Positions 7,659 through 15,853 of a stretch of DNA of 64,000 nucleotides are shown here, piece after piece. The stretch lies in IMG/VR virus record IMGVR_UViG_3300001683_000027; one strand, given 5' to 3'. Position 1 is the stretch's first letter. Each line of letters begins with the position of its first letter. Source of the DNA: an uncultured virus (IMG/VR IMGVR_UViG_3300001683_000027) (lineage: Duplodnaviria; Heunggongvirae; Uroviricota; Caudoviricetes). The position numbers were made by a program, and so were the translations under genes. The notes under the pieces are model-generated. The model saw nothing but the letters and a program-made list of their open reading frames with translations, was not told the DNA's origin and made no database searches.

Positions 7659-8279
7659 ATGAAAACTTATAAAGAATACATTAACGAGACATTTGTCAAT
7701 CTCATCGGTGACAACCAAGACAAGCAGAAATACGTAGATGAAGTATGGAATCTACTCCAGAAATCCTACGCGGACATTGGCGGTATTAAAGGTTCTGGTT
7801 TCAAAAACAAACAAGACATGATAGATAATATTCCTTTCTGGAAACTAGGTGTCAAGAATGGCAAGGTTGTCGCGGCAATCTTCTATAAGTACAAGACCGG
7901 CAGAAAATCCGTTGCTTTTGCATCTGATGGTTCTTCTGAGTCTGTTCCTATAGTTAAGGAAATTATCACCGCTGAACTGAGCCGTTCGTTCGGAGAAAAG
8001 AGCAAAGCGATGCTGGGCAAACTTTTGAAGACTGTCCCGTGGAATGTGCTAGAACCATTCATATTGACACCAGAGGAAGCATCTAAGGCATTGAAGAAAG
8101 ATGTGACTGCAGTTCTCGGATTGAAAGACGACCAGATACCAGACGATGGCAAATTTGCGTTGGCGAAGTACCCAGAACTTAGGAAATATGCATACACTCG
8201 CAATCTCGCGGGTGCTGAAACATTCAAGGTGATGTTCGGTACAACAGGAGTTATGTCGTACCCCCACCGCCGGAAATGA
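7659..8279 (+). CDS. Putative internal head protein with capsid-targeting sequence; possible GNAT-like fold
   Basis: N-terminus MKTYKEYINE resembles T4 CTS MKTYQEFIAE; own late promoter; the fold is a guess. Confidence 0.6.
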   Translation: MKTYKEYINETFVNLIGDNQDKQKYVDEVWNLLQKSYADIGGIKGSGFKNKQDMIDNIPFWKLGVKNGKVVAAIFYKYKTGRKSVAFASDGSSESVPIVKEIITAELSRSFGEKSKAMLGKLLKTVPWNVLEPFILTPEEASKALKKDVTAVLGLKDDQIPDDGKFALAKYPELRKYAYTRNLAGAETFKVMFGTTGVMSYPHRRK

Positions 8280-8309
8280 AATGACGTAACAACTATATGG
8301 AGAAAATAA

Positions 8310-8435
8310 ATGATTAATAAATTTACTGTTGGAGTTTTACTAGTAGTAAGTTCTAAAGAATTATCAGATGAAGGTACTGATGCAAATCCTAAGGCCAGTG
8401 AATCTCTAATTTTCACTATTGGGAAAACTTTTTAG
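8310..8435 (+). pseudogene. Short ORF, possible internally deleted outer-membrane protein remnant
   Basis: SD GGAG; MINKFTVGVLLVVSS...SLIFTIGKTF*; signal-like start and beta-signal-like terminal Phe. Confidence 0.3.
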
Positions 8436-8467
8436 TGTTATAAAGTAATATAGAGACATAGTACTAG

Positions 8468-8782
8468 ATGAATAGGAAAAATCTTTTACAAATTATACTT
8501 ACCTCTTACTTATTATTAATAAGTAGTGCTAATTCTATGCAGCATGAGACTTTTTATGTTTATAACTGTAATTCATCGGAGATTAGAATTAACAGCAAAC
8601 TTTATCCTTTAGGCATACCTTTTTCTCGTGATGAAGTCTGCTATTGTGATAGACGCCGTTGGAGAGAACCTGAATGTGATATTAAACAAAGGTATGATAG
8701 GTTGGTAAATAACATAATACTAAAGAATAACTTGATAGCTGATAAAGTGCTGGAAGATATCAAGTTAGACAGAGTGAGATAA
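8468..8782 (+). CDS. Hypothetical exported protein
   Basis: Signal-peptide-like N-terminus; 4 Cys; AT-rich. Confidence 0.55.
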   Translation: MNRKNLLQIILTSYLLLISSANSMQHETFYVYNCNSSEIRINSKLYPLGIPFSRDEVCYCDRRRWREPECDIKQRYDRLVNNIILKNNLIADKVLEDIKLDRVR

Positions 8783-8783
8783 A

Positions 8784-8945
8784 ATGAACGAATTCTGGAC
8801 AATTTGGAAACAGGCACTAGGAAGTTTCAGTGATGAACAAACTGCGGGTAGGGATAATACAATCTGCGTAGTTAGAACTCTAATTGTAGTAATAAATCTA
8901 ACATGTGCTATTTTAATAATAGCAAACATACTACATAATTGGTAA
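8784..8945 (+). CDS. Small phage membrane protein (53 aa)
   Basis: Manual ORF MNEFWTIWKQALGSFSDEQTAGRDNTICVVRTLIVVINLTCAILIIANILHNW; pattern recalled from aquatic phages. Confidence 0.65.
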   Translation: MNEFWTIWKQALGSFSDEQTAGRDNTICVVRTLIVVINLTCAILIIANILHNW

Positions 8946-8953
8946 ATAAAATT

Positions 8954-9073
8954 ATGGCTTACAGTGACGCCGTACTAGATCATTACGAAAACCCAAGAAA
9001 TGTCGGGAAGATGGACGACAAGGATGTCAACAACATGACTCTTACTTTTTCTTCACCTTTTTCTTTTTCTTAA
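8954..9073 (+). pseudogene. iscU: Truncated Fe-S cluster scaffold IscU (N-terminal ~26 aa only)
   Basis: MAYSDAVLDHYENPRNVGKMDDKDVN matches the IscU N-terminus, then runs into antisense gp4; lacks GAPACGD and all Cys ligands. Confidence 0.85.
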
Positions 9074-9551
9074 ACGCAGGCATTTTCTTCAATGGTTTGA
9101 GAGGCTTAGGTAGTATTTCCATTCTCATTAGTTCGTGTTCTGTCCAGATTACAAACTTCCACCCCCTCGTCGCTGCATAGTCTTCTGCCGCTTTCCATTT
9201 AGACGCATTTTTCACATAAGTTGTCACTTCATTTAAATACTGTTTGGTCTTTCTTTTCCCTGTTGGTGGTTTAGTCTGCGCCGCAGGTTTCACCTCGATA
9301 ATACAAATCTCTCCTGATCTATACTTTACGTAAAAGTCCATGAAGTAACGGTGTGCGCGGTTATCTGTTCCGCATATATAAGGTATAACAACCTCTTCGC
9401 TTGACCACTCAACAACGTCTGGTGTTCTATCACACCACTTCATCACATATAATTCCCACGAACTTCTGTAAATTACACTAGTATGATCCCCTTTGTACTT
9501 CATGGGTATTTTTACTGAGTATCTACCTTTGTATGTTTTCATCATGTACAA
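9042..9551 (-). CDS. gp4: Head completion nuclease (TnsA-like); real start probably at the internal ATGs ~9542-9545
   Basis: YKGD...VIYRSSWE..MKWCD....EWSSEE..IPY....HRYF.DF....IEVKP..QT.PP; KWKAA. Confidence 0.92.
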   Translation of the reverse strand: MYMMKTYKGRYSVKIPMKYKGDHTSVIYRSSWELYVMKWCDRTPDVVEWSSEEVVIPYICGTDNRAHRYFMDFYVKYRSGEICIIEVKPAAQTKPPTGKRKTKQYLNEVTTYVKNASKWKAAEDYAATRGWKFVIWTEHELMRMEILPKPLKPLKKMPAFKKKKKVKKK

Positions 9552-9555
9552 ACGT

Positions 9556-9576
9556 TATAAATAATTCTTATTTATC
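9556..9576. promoter_or_regulatory. Overlapping divergent late promoters for gp48 (+, TATAAATA 9556-9563) and gp4 (-, GATAAATA 9569-9576)
   Basis: Motif matches in the gp4/gp48 intergenic gap. Confidence 0.7.
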
Positions 9577-9588
9577 AATGGTAAAGAC

Positions 9589-10461
9589 ATGGCTGAATTG
9601 CTTAAATATCCCAGAGATCTCGAAAAGCATCCCAATCTACCGAGGATCAATTTCACAAGTCGGAATCCAAAGGACAAAACTCCTGGACTAAACGTATCTC
9701 TATATGCACCCCAGTCTATTAACTTCTCTGACGGCATGGGATTCGGCAACTTCGATCTTGGAATGATCAGCAGCACGATAGCATCGTCCATGGACAAAGA
9801 TGGTAAAATAGACGTTGAAAATGTGAAAAACCAAATGAAGGCCGCCGCGGGTGTCGATGGATTATCGCGCGCGATCTTAGCGAAGTCAGCTGCTGCCGTT
9901 GGAATAGGTGGAGGTTTCGCCGAAAAGATTGCTGATGTTTCACTTCTAGAGGCCAAGGCAGCAATAAATCCTAACACTGTTTTACAATTCACTGGTCCTG
10001 TCCTGAGAACATACGCTTTCGAATTCACCATGGCAGGCACCTCTGTGAAGGAATCGGAAGATATCCAAAAAATTATCACTAGTTTTAGAGAGCGAATGTA
10101 TCCTACGAAGCAGGGTCAATACATTCTATCATATCCTGATGTGTTCCAGGTGACGTTTAACTTGGCCAAGGGTAACTTGCGTGGTAATTTTGTTCCTCAA
10201 TATGCCGAGTCGTATTTGACTGGAATGACAACCACATATAACGCAAGCGGTAATGCATTTCACGATGATGGAGCACCAACGGATGTTAGTGTTCAATTAC
10301 AATTCAGCGAATTCAAAGCATTGACTCGTGAAGATATTAAGGAACTCAGCACTGGCGGGAAAATCAAAGTTCTCACGACAGAAGATCGAGAAAATCTTCT
10401 AATTGCAGCTGCGAATGCGGCCGCAGCGGCCGCTATAGCAAAGATCGGAGACGGCACATGA
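9589..10461 (+). CDS. gp48: Baseplate tail tube cap
   Basis: INPNTVLQFTGPVLRTYAFEFTM; ES..I..II..FR..MYP; YP.VF; PTDVSVQLQFSE...LTREDI. Confidence 0.85.
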   Translation: MAELLKYPRDLEKHPNLPRINFTSRNPKDKTPGLNVSLYAPQSINFSDGMGFGNFDLGMISSTIASSMDKDGKIDVENVKNQMKAAAGVDGLSRAILAKSAAAVGIGGGFAEKIADVSLLEAKAAINPNTVLQFTGPVLRTYAFEFTMAGTSVKESEDIQKIITSFRERMYPTKQGQYILSYPDVFQVTFNLAKGNLRGNFVPQYAESYLTGMTTTYNASGNAFHDDGAPTDVSVQLQFSEFKALTREDIKELSTGGKIKVLTTEDRENLLIAAANAAAAAAIAKIGDGT

Positions 10462-11222
10462 GTTACTTCTCTAAATTTCCCAAGACATCATATGACTTCT
10501 TTGATGCGACTAAACTATCCACTATTCCTGATCTGTTTCGGCAGGTTAAACTAGTTGAGAGACGACTGGATAATATTTCAGTCTATCAGAAATACTTCAT
10601 CATAGGATCAAGACCTGATCAGGTGTCATATGAATTGTATGAGTCTCCTGACTTCTACTGGACATTCATGTTAGTTAATTCTAATCTCCGAAGTGCCATG
10701 AACAAATGGCCCCTTCAGGATCTAGTGCTCGGTGACTTTATTAATGAAAAGTATATCGGAAGTACACTCACGCCCCATAGACTATCGGGAGACGCCAACG
10801 ATTTCAATTCCATTAATGACATGTTCAGCATAGGTTCCACTCTGGTTGGATCAACATCAGGCGCGACTGCTACCATAACCGCGCGTCACACTACGCTCAA
10901 CCAGATTGTATTCACATATGATACTGACGCCGTGTTCCTTGAAGGCACAGACACCTTCACTGCTACCTCTCCAACGGGCGGAGTATCGCAGTTATTGAAT
11001 ACACAGTACAACATTCGCACATATCCGAACTCTCCGCATCACTATGAAGACGGGAATGGTGTCACGATATATAACCAAGATAATCTAGAGTTAACTCAAA
11101 ACATAACAACCAACACAGAATACGAAACAGAAGTGAACGAAGGTTACAAAGAGATCCGAGTTATCAAACCCCGGTATATCCAATCGTTCTCATCCGAGAT
11201 CAGAAAGTTAATCAATGAGTAG
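10458..11222 (+). CDS. gp53: Baseplate wedge subunit
   Basis: MSYFSKFP..Y; RPDQVSYELY.SP.FYWTFMLVN; WPL; EYE...NE....IRVIKP. Confidence 0.9.
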   Translation: MSYFSKFPKTSYDFFDATKLSTIPDLFRQVKLVERRLDNISVYQKYFIIGSRPDQVSYELYESPDFYWTFMLVNSNLRSAMNKWPLQDLVLGDFINEKYIGSTLTPHRLSGDANDFNSINDMFSIGSTLVGSTSGATATITARHTTLNQIVFTYDTDAVFLEGTDTFTATSPTGGVSQLLNTQYNIRTYPNSPHHYEDGNGVTIYNQDNLELTQNITTNTEYETEVNEGYKEIRVIKPRYIQSFSSEIRKLINE

Positions 11223-12534
11223 TGAAGCGCAAAAACTATTAGTTCCTGGAAGTGTCGAGATAGAATCTGCTATCCTAACGAACTACTCAGGCGAGACTGT
11301 CGACATCAAAGCGTTGATTGGTGAACTAGTCATAACAGAATCTATCAACTCGATGTTCTGTGTGTTTGACATCGTTGTAGTCGACGGTGTAGGACTGTTA
11401 GAAAAGTATGCCATTTCAGGTAACGAAAAGATCGAACTGGAACTATCGAAGCGCGACACCGAAGGCGGCAATGACATTTTCACCACCAAACACCTAGCGA
11501 TTGTCGGAGTCAACGAGTATGCTAGAACAACCAACGAAAGTCAGACATATAAAATACAGGCAGTCTCTGAAACAGCACTTCACTGTTCGGTCAAACGTTT
11601 ATCGAAGTCCGTCAATGGTTCGATAGGTAAGATCATCACTGACCTGTATGGCGAGGTTGCGTTCAATCTACCACTAAATGTAGTCGACGGCAAAACAGAG
11701 GGCAACTATCGATTTGTGCTGCCGAACTACACTGTCACCGATACATTCGCAATGTTGCTCGCAAAGGCACAAAACAAATCAAGCACTACATACCATCTGT
11801 TTGAATCCCTATGGGGTGATATGGTATTGACGTCTTATGATGAGATCATCAAGCAATCTCCCGTAGATACCTATAAACTCATGAGTTTCGAAAAAGAGAA
11901 CGATCTTCGTCAATCAGCGTTTGATGAGATCAGAACAAAGATAAAACAAATCGATTCGTATCTCGGTCTGTCACATTATGAATCGTTCAAGAAAGGTGGT
12001 ATTGCCGCGCGTGTCTTCATGAATGATATTTCGACCAAGACATTCGAGAAGAAAGACTACAATCTACTGGATGAGGATCTGGGTCGATTAGATAAAGACT
12101 ATATACTATCGGACACGTACACTATCGCAGGCAAACCAGTCGCAGATCTTAGACAACCCAAGACATATATGGTCAACAAGAACACCATGGCGTTTACTAA
12201 TTCTGAAAATGGTCAGAACAGAGTAGATGTGTCTATTGCAAAGAAACGGTTCCGATATGAAAATCAGTTTGCGATATCACATAATGTAAAACTCGCAGGT
12301 GATACCAGACTTAAAGCAGGCAGTATCGTAGACATTACGCTACCGACTCCGACTGATCCCAAGTTTCTATCCGAAGTACAGGATGACTATTTCTCCGGAA
12401 AGTATTTCGTCTCAAGTGTGCGCCATAACATTGTGTACGGTGGGTCATATACGGTCGATCTTTCTGTTAGAAAGGACTCTATAGACAGAGAACGAATGAT
12501 AAGCAAATATAAGAGTATGAATGATGTACGGTGA
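11215..12534 (+). CDS. Baseplate hub protein (gp27-like)
   Basis: Between gp53 and gp5; GDTRLKAGSIVDI; YFSGKYFVSSVRH. Confidence 0.7.
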   Translation: MSSEAQKLLVPGSVEIESAILTNYSGETVDIKALIGELVITESINSMFCVFDIVVVDGVGLLEKYAISGNEKIELELSKRDTEGGNDIFTTKHLAIVGVNEYARTTNESQTYKIQAVSETALHCSVKRLSKSVNGSIGKIITDLYGEVAFNLPLNVVDGKTEGNYRFVLPNYTVTDTFAMLLAKAQNKSSTTYHLFESLWGDMVLTSYDEIIKQSPVDTYKLMSFEKENDLRQSAFDEIRTKIKQIDSYLGLSHYESFKKGGIAARVFMNDISTKTFEKKDYNLLDEDLGRLDKDYILSDTYTIAGKPVADLRQPKTYMVNKNTMAFTNSENGQNRVDVSIAKKRFRYENQFAISHNVKLAGDTRLKAGSIVDITLPTPTDPKFLSEVQDDYFSGKYFVSSVRHNIVYGGSYTVDLSVRKDSIDRERMISKYKSMNDVR

Positions 12535-13585
12535 TTTTGTTTGGTTCACAGGAGTCGTAGAGGATCGAAATGATCCTGAAATGATGAACCGCGTTCGTGT
12601 CCGATGTTTCGGATATCATTCTGAAAGTACGGAAGATATCAAAACCGAAGAATTACCATGGGCATCTGTCATGATGCCTACGACAGCATCTGGCAATTCT
12701 GGCATCTTTGAATCGCCCCATGGACTAATTGAAGGTAGTTGGGTCATTGGATTTTTTCGCGATGGAAACGACTGTCAAGATCCCGTGATCATGGGATCAG
12801 TCGCTTCGAGACAAATGGATAGTGCTGGCACTGGTGGGTTTTATGACCCATCTAGAACGTATCCAAAGACAAACTATATCGGTGACAGTGCGACGGATGT
12901 CAATGAACACGCGCGTGGAGTCATTACCAGCGTCGTCACTAAGAAGAATAGTAGCATTAGCGTCAATGTGCCGACCGCCTCCGGCGGCACCTGGAGTGAA
13001 CCAGAGACCCCATACGCACCCGTATACCCGAAAAACCACGTACACGAGTCCGAGAGCGGGCATCTTCGTGAAATCGACGATACAAAGGACGCAGAACGAC
13101 TTCATGAGTACCATAGGTCGGGCACATTCAGAGAAGTTCATCCTGCCGGTACGGTTGTACATCGGATAGTCGGAGACGAATATGAGATCGTCGCCGGTGG
13201 TAAGAATGTGAGTATTGTCGGCAATGTTAATCTGACGATTGAAAAAAATTGTGACACATATGTGAAGGGTAATTTGACCGAGAAAGTTGATGGTAATGTG
13301 CTCAGAACTATTACTGGAACGCTAACAGAAAATGTGACTGGCGCGGTAACGCAAAACTATGCAGGAAGTAGAACTATGTCCATTGGAACGGATACTATCA
13401 CTATAGTCGGATCAAGAACAACAACTGTGGGTGATGCAGATACACTGACAGTCGATGGCAAGCACACTATCACAGCACCGAATGTGTCGTTCACGTTCAG
13501 CAAAGGTCAGATTGTTGTTTCAAGTGGTTCTATCATCGACACAGGTGTGGTTCTTCACTCTCACGATCATACTTCTAGTTTTTAG
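12521..13585 (+). CDS. gp5: Baseplate central spike gp5 (OB fold + beta-helix; no lysozyme domain)
   Basis: WFTGVVEDRNDP..NRVRVRCFGYH; LPWA; GSWVIGFFRDG...QDPVIMG; YPKNHVHESESGH..EIDDT; VxGN repeats. Confidence 0.93.
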   Translation: MMYGDFVWFTGVVEDRNDPEMMNRVRVRCFGYHSESTEDIKTEELPWASVMMPTTASGNSGIFESPHGLIEGSWVIGFFRDGNDCQDPVIMGSVASRQMDSAGTGGFYDPSRTYPKTNYIGDSATDVNEHARGVITSVVTKKNSSISVNVPTASGGTWSEPETPYAPVYPKNHVHESESGHLREIDDTKDAERLHEYHRSGTFREVHPAGTVVHRIVGDEYEIVAGGKNVSIVGNVNLTIEKNCDTYVKGNLTEKVDGNVLRTITGTLTENVTGAVTQNYAGSRTMSIGTDTITIVGSRTTTVGDADTLTVDGKHTITAPNVSFTFSKGQIVVSSGSIIDTGVVLHSHDHTSSF

Positions 13586-13587
13586 GG

Positions 13588-13595
13588 TATAAATA
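13588..13595 (+). promoter_or_regulatory. T4-type late promoter
   Basis: TATAAATA before gp25. Confidence 0.8.
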
Positions 13596-13601
13596 GAATA
13601 C

Positions 13602-14015
13602 ATGGCCACTAACTACTCAAACATAGACACGACGACAGTTGGATATAGAGACTTAGACCTTCGGTTTAAACTTCATCCAAATCTCGGCGATATTGCTCCT
13701 GTGACAGACTTGAATGCAATCAAAAATTCGATCAAGAACATTCTTCACACACGCAGGGGTGAGAAACCTTTTAATCCAAGATATGGATCAAACGTCACGG
13801 ATTATCTATTCGAACTTGCAACAGAAATCACACAATATTCTATGGGTCAAGAGATCGAGTATTCGATTAAAGAACATGAACCTAGAGTAGAAATTACGGG
13901 TATCACGATTGATGATGATGCAGACAATCACGCATACGGCATTCGTTTGGACATGATTATTATTAGTACACAACAGGAAGCCGACATATCACTAATTCTT
14001 AAGAGATTACGCTAA
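13602..14015 (+). CDS. gp25: Baseplate wedge subunit
   Basis: YRDLDL.F..HP...D; AIKNSIKNI..T..GEKPFNP.YGS; EPRV. Confidence 0.93.
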   Translation: MATNYSNIDTTTVGYRDLDLRFKLHPNLGDIAPVTDLNAIKNSIKNILHTRRGEKPFNPRYGSNVTDYLFELATEITQYSMGQEIEYSIKEHEPRVEITGITIDDDADNHAYGIRLDMIIISTQQEADISLILKRLR

Positions 14016-15853
14016 TGCCAACACCTAGTTTAGTCGATCTAGACTACGACAACATAAGGGAAGAACTTAAATCCTTTATGAAAAATCAGATTGAGTTCAC
14101 CGATTACGATTTCGATGGTTCTGGTCTTGGGGTTCTATTAGACGTCCTCGCATACAATACTCAGATGAACGCATTAATGGCGCATCTTACACTTAATGAA
14201 TCATTTTTGAATACTTCTCAGGTTAGATCGAATGTCGTTTCTCATGCACAACTGTTGGGATATGTACCACGGTCTGGTATCAGCGCGTCTGTTGAGTTGG
14301 ATGTTGTTGTTACTGGCACATCAGTTAGTGCATCCGCGTTAACTATACCAAGAGGAACTACATTCAATGGTACGATCAACAATGTGACTTATGCGTTTGT
14401 TGTACTCAGTTCAGTGACTGCAAACAAGAGTTTAACCAACACTTATAGTTTCACAAACATTCCTGTTTATGAAGGAACTATTCGAACCGAGAGGATCAAT
14501 GTTGACGGATTGGTTGACTTCCAGAAATTCGAATTGAATTCAAGTGCAATCGATACCACATCAATCGATGTCAAGGTGTACGATAATGCCACCGCAACGA
14601 TTGGTGATGCCTATACTAAGTATGTGGACATTGCTGAATCTAGTTCTGATTCAAAGGTGTTCTTTCTTCAAGAGAACGTGTTCGGAAGATATGACGTTTA
14701 CTTCGGTGATGGTCGAATAGGTAAGAAACCTGGCAACGGTTCAGTCGTTGAAGTGTCTTATGTAGAGACTGCCGGCGCTGCGGCCAACAACATCACATCG
14801 ATGTCGATCAACGGTGAACTGGATTCAATATCTAATATTGCTACCACGTTCTCTTCTGGTTTCACTACAACAACAGGTGGCGCAAGTTTAGAATCTATTG
14901 AGTCTATCAAATACAACTCGCCTCTGGTCAATGCGACACAGGACAGAGCGGTATCAGCGAACGATTACAAGACGTTGTTACTTGCAAACTTCACCGAACT
15001 CGCGGATGTTTCTGTCTGGGGTGGTGAACAGGCAAGTCCTCCTACTTATGGTAAAGTGTTTGTTACTCCTTCGCTAGTGTCTGGTAATCTACCAACACAG
15101 TCATTTAAGAGTGCGATCATTTCATACCTGTCTACCAAGAATATTGGTTCTATATTGCCAGAGATTGTTGATCCAGAATACACATATCTCCAGTTGTTTG
15201 CAGGTGTTAAGTATGACAACAACAACACGACAAAAACAGCAGGTGAACTTGAGTCACTAGTTCGCGGTATCATAACGACATACAACAACACAAGTCTTAA
15301 AGCGTTCGGTGGTGTTCTTCGTCACTCTAATCTATTATCACAGATTGATAATGTCGATGATGGAATTGTGAGTAGTGTAATTAAACCTACGATGTATAAA
15401 GCATTTACACCAAACCCAACACAAACAACCACGTATACAATTCTGTTCCCTAGTAAACTTTATTTGGCATCAGATACCGAGTTCAGCATAGACAGTACAG
15501 AGTTTTTGATTGACGGCATCTCTGCTAAACTAGGTGACGAACCTATAACAGGATCTGTAACTTCCAGAAGAGTGTTCTTCTATAATGCATTAACCCAGTC
15601 GAAACTCCAGAGTTATTCAGACGTTGGTACGATTGATTCCACAACAGGTATCATCACGATCAACAGCATTAAGTTCGACTCGACAAACGCCATATCCGTA
15701 TACGTCACACCTGATGCCTTTGATATCGCTCCCAAGTTCAATCAGTTGCTCCAGATTATTCCGTCTGATGTAACTGTAACAATGTCGCTTGATAGCATTA
15801 GTACAAATGGTCAATCTGGAGTATCTAACTTCGAAACGTTTACTAGGTTGTAA
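14015..15853 (+). CDS. gp6: Baseplate wedge subunit
   Basis: FTDYDFDGSGL.VLLDVLAYNT; NESFL; FGDG.IGK; ESIESIK; QDRAVSANDY; YGKVF. Confidence 0.95.
   Translation: MPTPSLVDLDYDNIREELKSFMKNQIEFTDYDFDGSGLGVLLDVLAYNTQMNALMAHLTLNESFLNTSQVRSNVVSHAQLLGYVPRSGISASVELDVVVTGTSVSASALTIPRGTTFNGTINNVTYAFVVLSSVTANKSLTNTYSFTNIPVYEGTIRTERINVDGLVDFQKFELNSSAIDTTSIDVKVYDNATATIGDAYTKYVDIAESSSDSKVFFLQENVFGRYDVYFGDGRIGKKPGNGSVVEVSYVETAGAAANNITSMSINGELDSISNIATTFSSGFTTTTGGASLESIESIKYNSPLVNATQDRAVSANDYKTLLLANFTELADVSVWGGEQASPPTYGKVFVTPSLVSGNLPTQSFKSAIISYLSTKNIGSILPEIVDPEYTYLQLFAGVKYDNNNTTKTAGELESLVRGIITTYNNTSLKAFGGVLRHSNLLSQIDNVDDGIVSSVIKPTMYKAFTPNPTQTTTYTILFPSKLYLASDTEFSIDSTEFLIDGISAKLGDEPITGSVTSRRVFFYNALTQSKLQSYSDVGTIDSTTGIITINSIKFDSTNAISVYVTPDAFDIAPKFNQLLQIIPSDVTVTMSLDSISTNGQSGVSNFETFTRL

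Noticed and set aside
9042..9551. TnsA transposase / Tn7 element
   Set aside because: The TnsA-like fold is the normal T4 gp4 head-completion protein; no other Tns genes or transposon ends.
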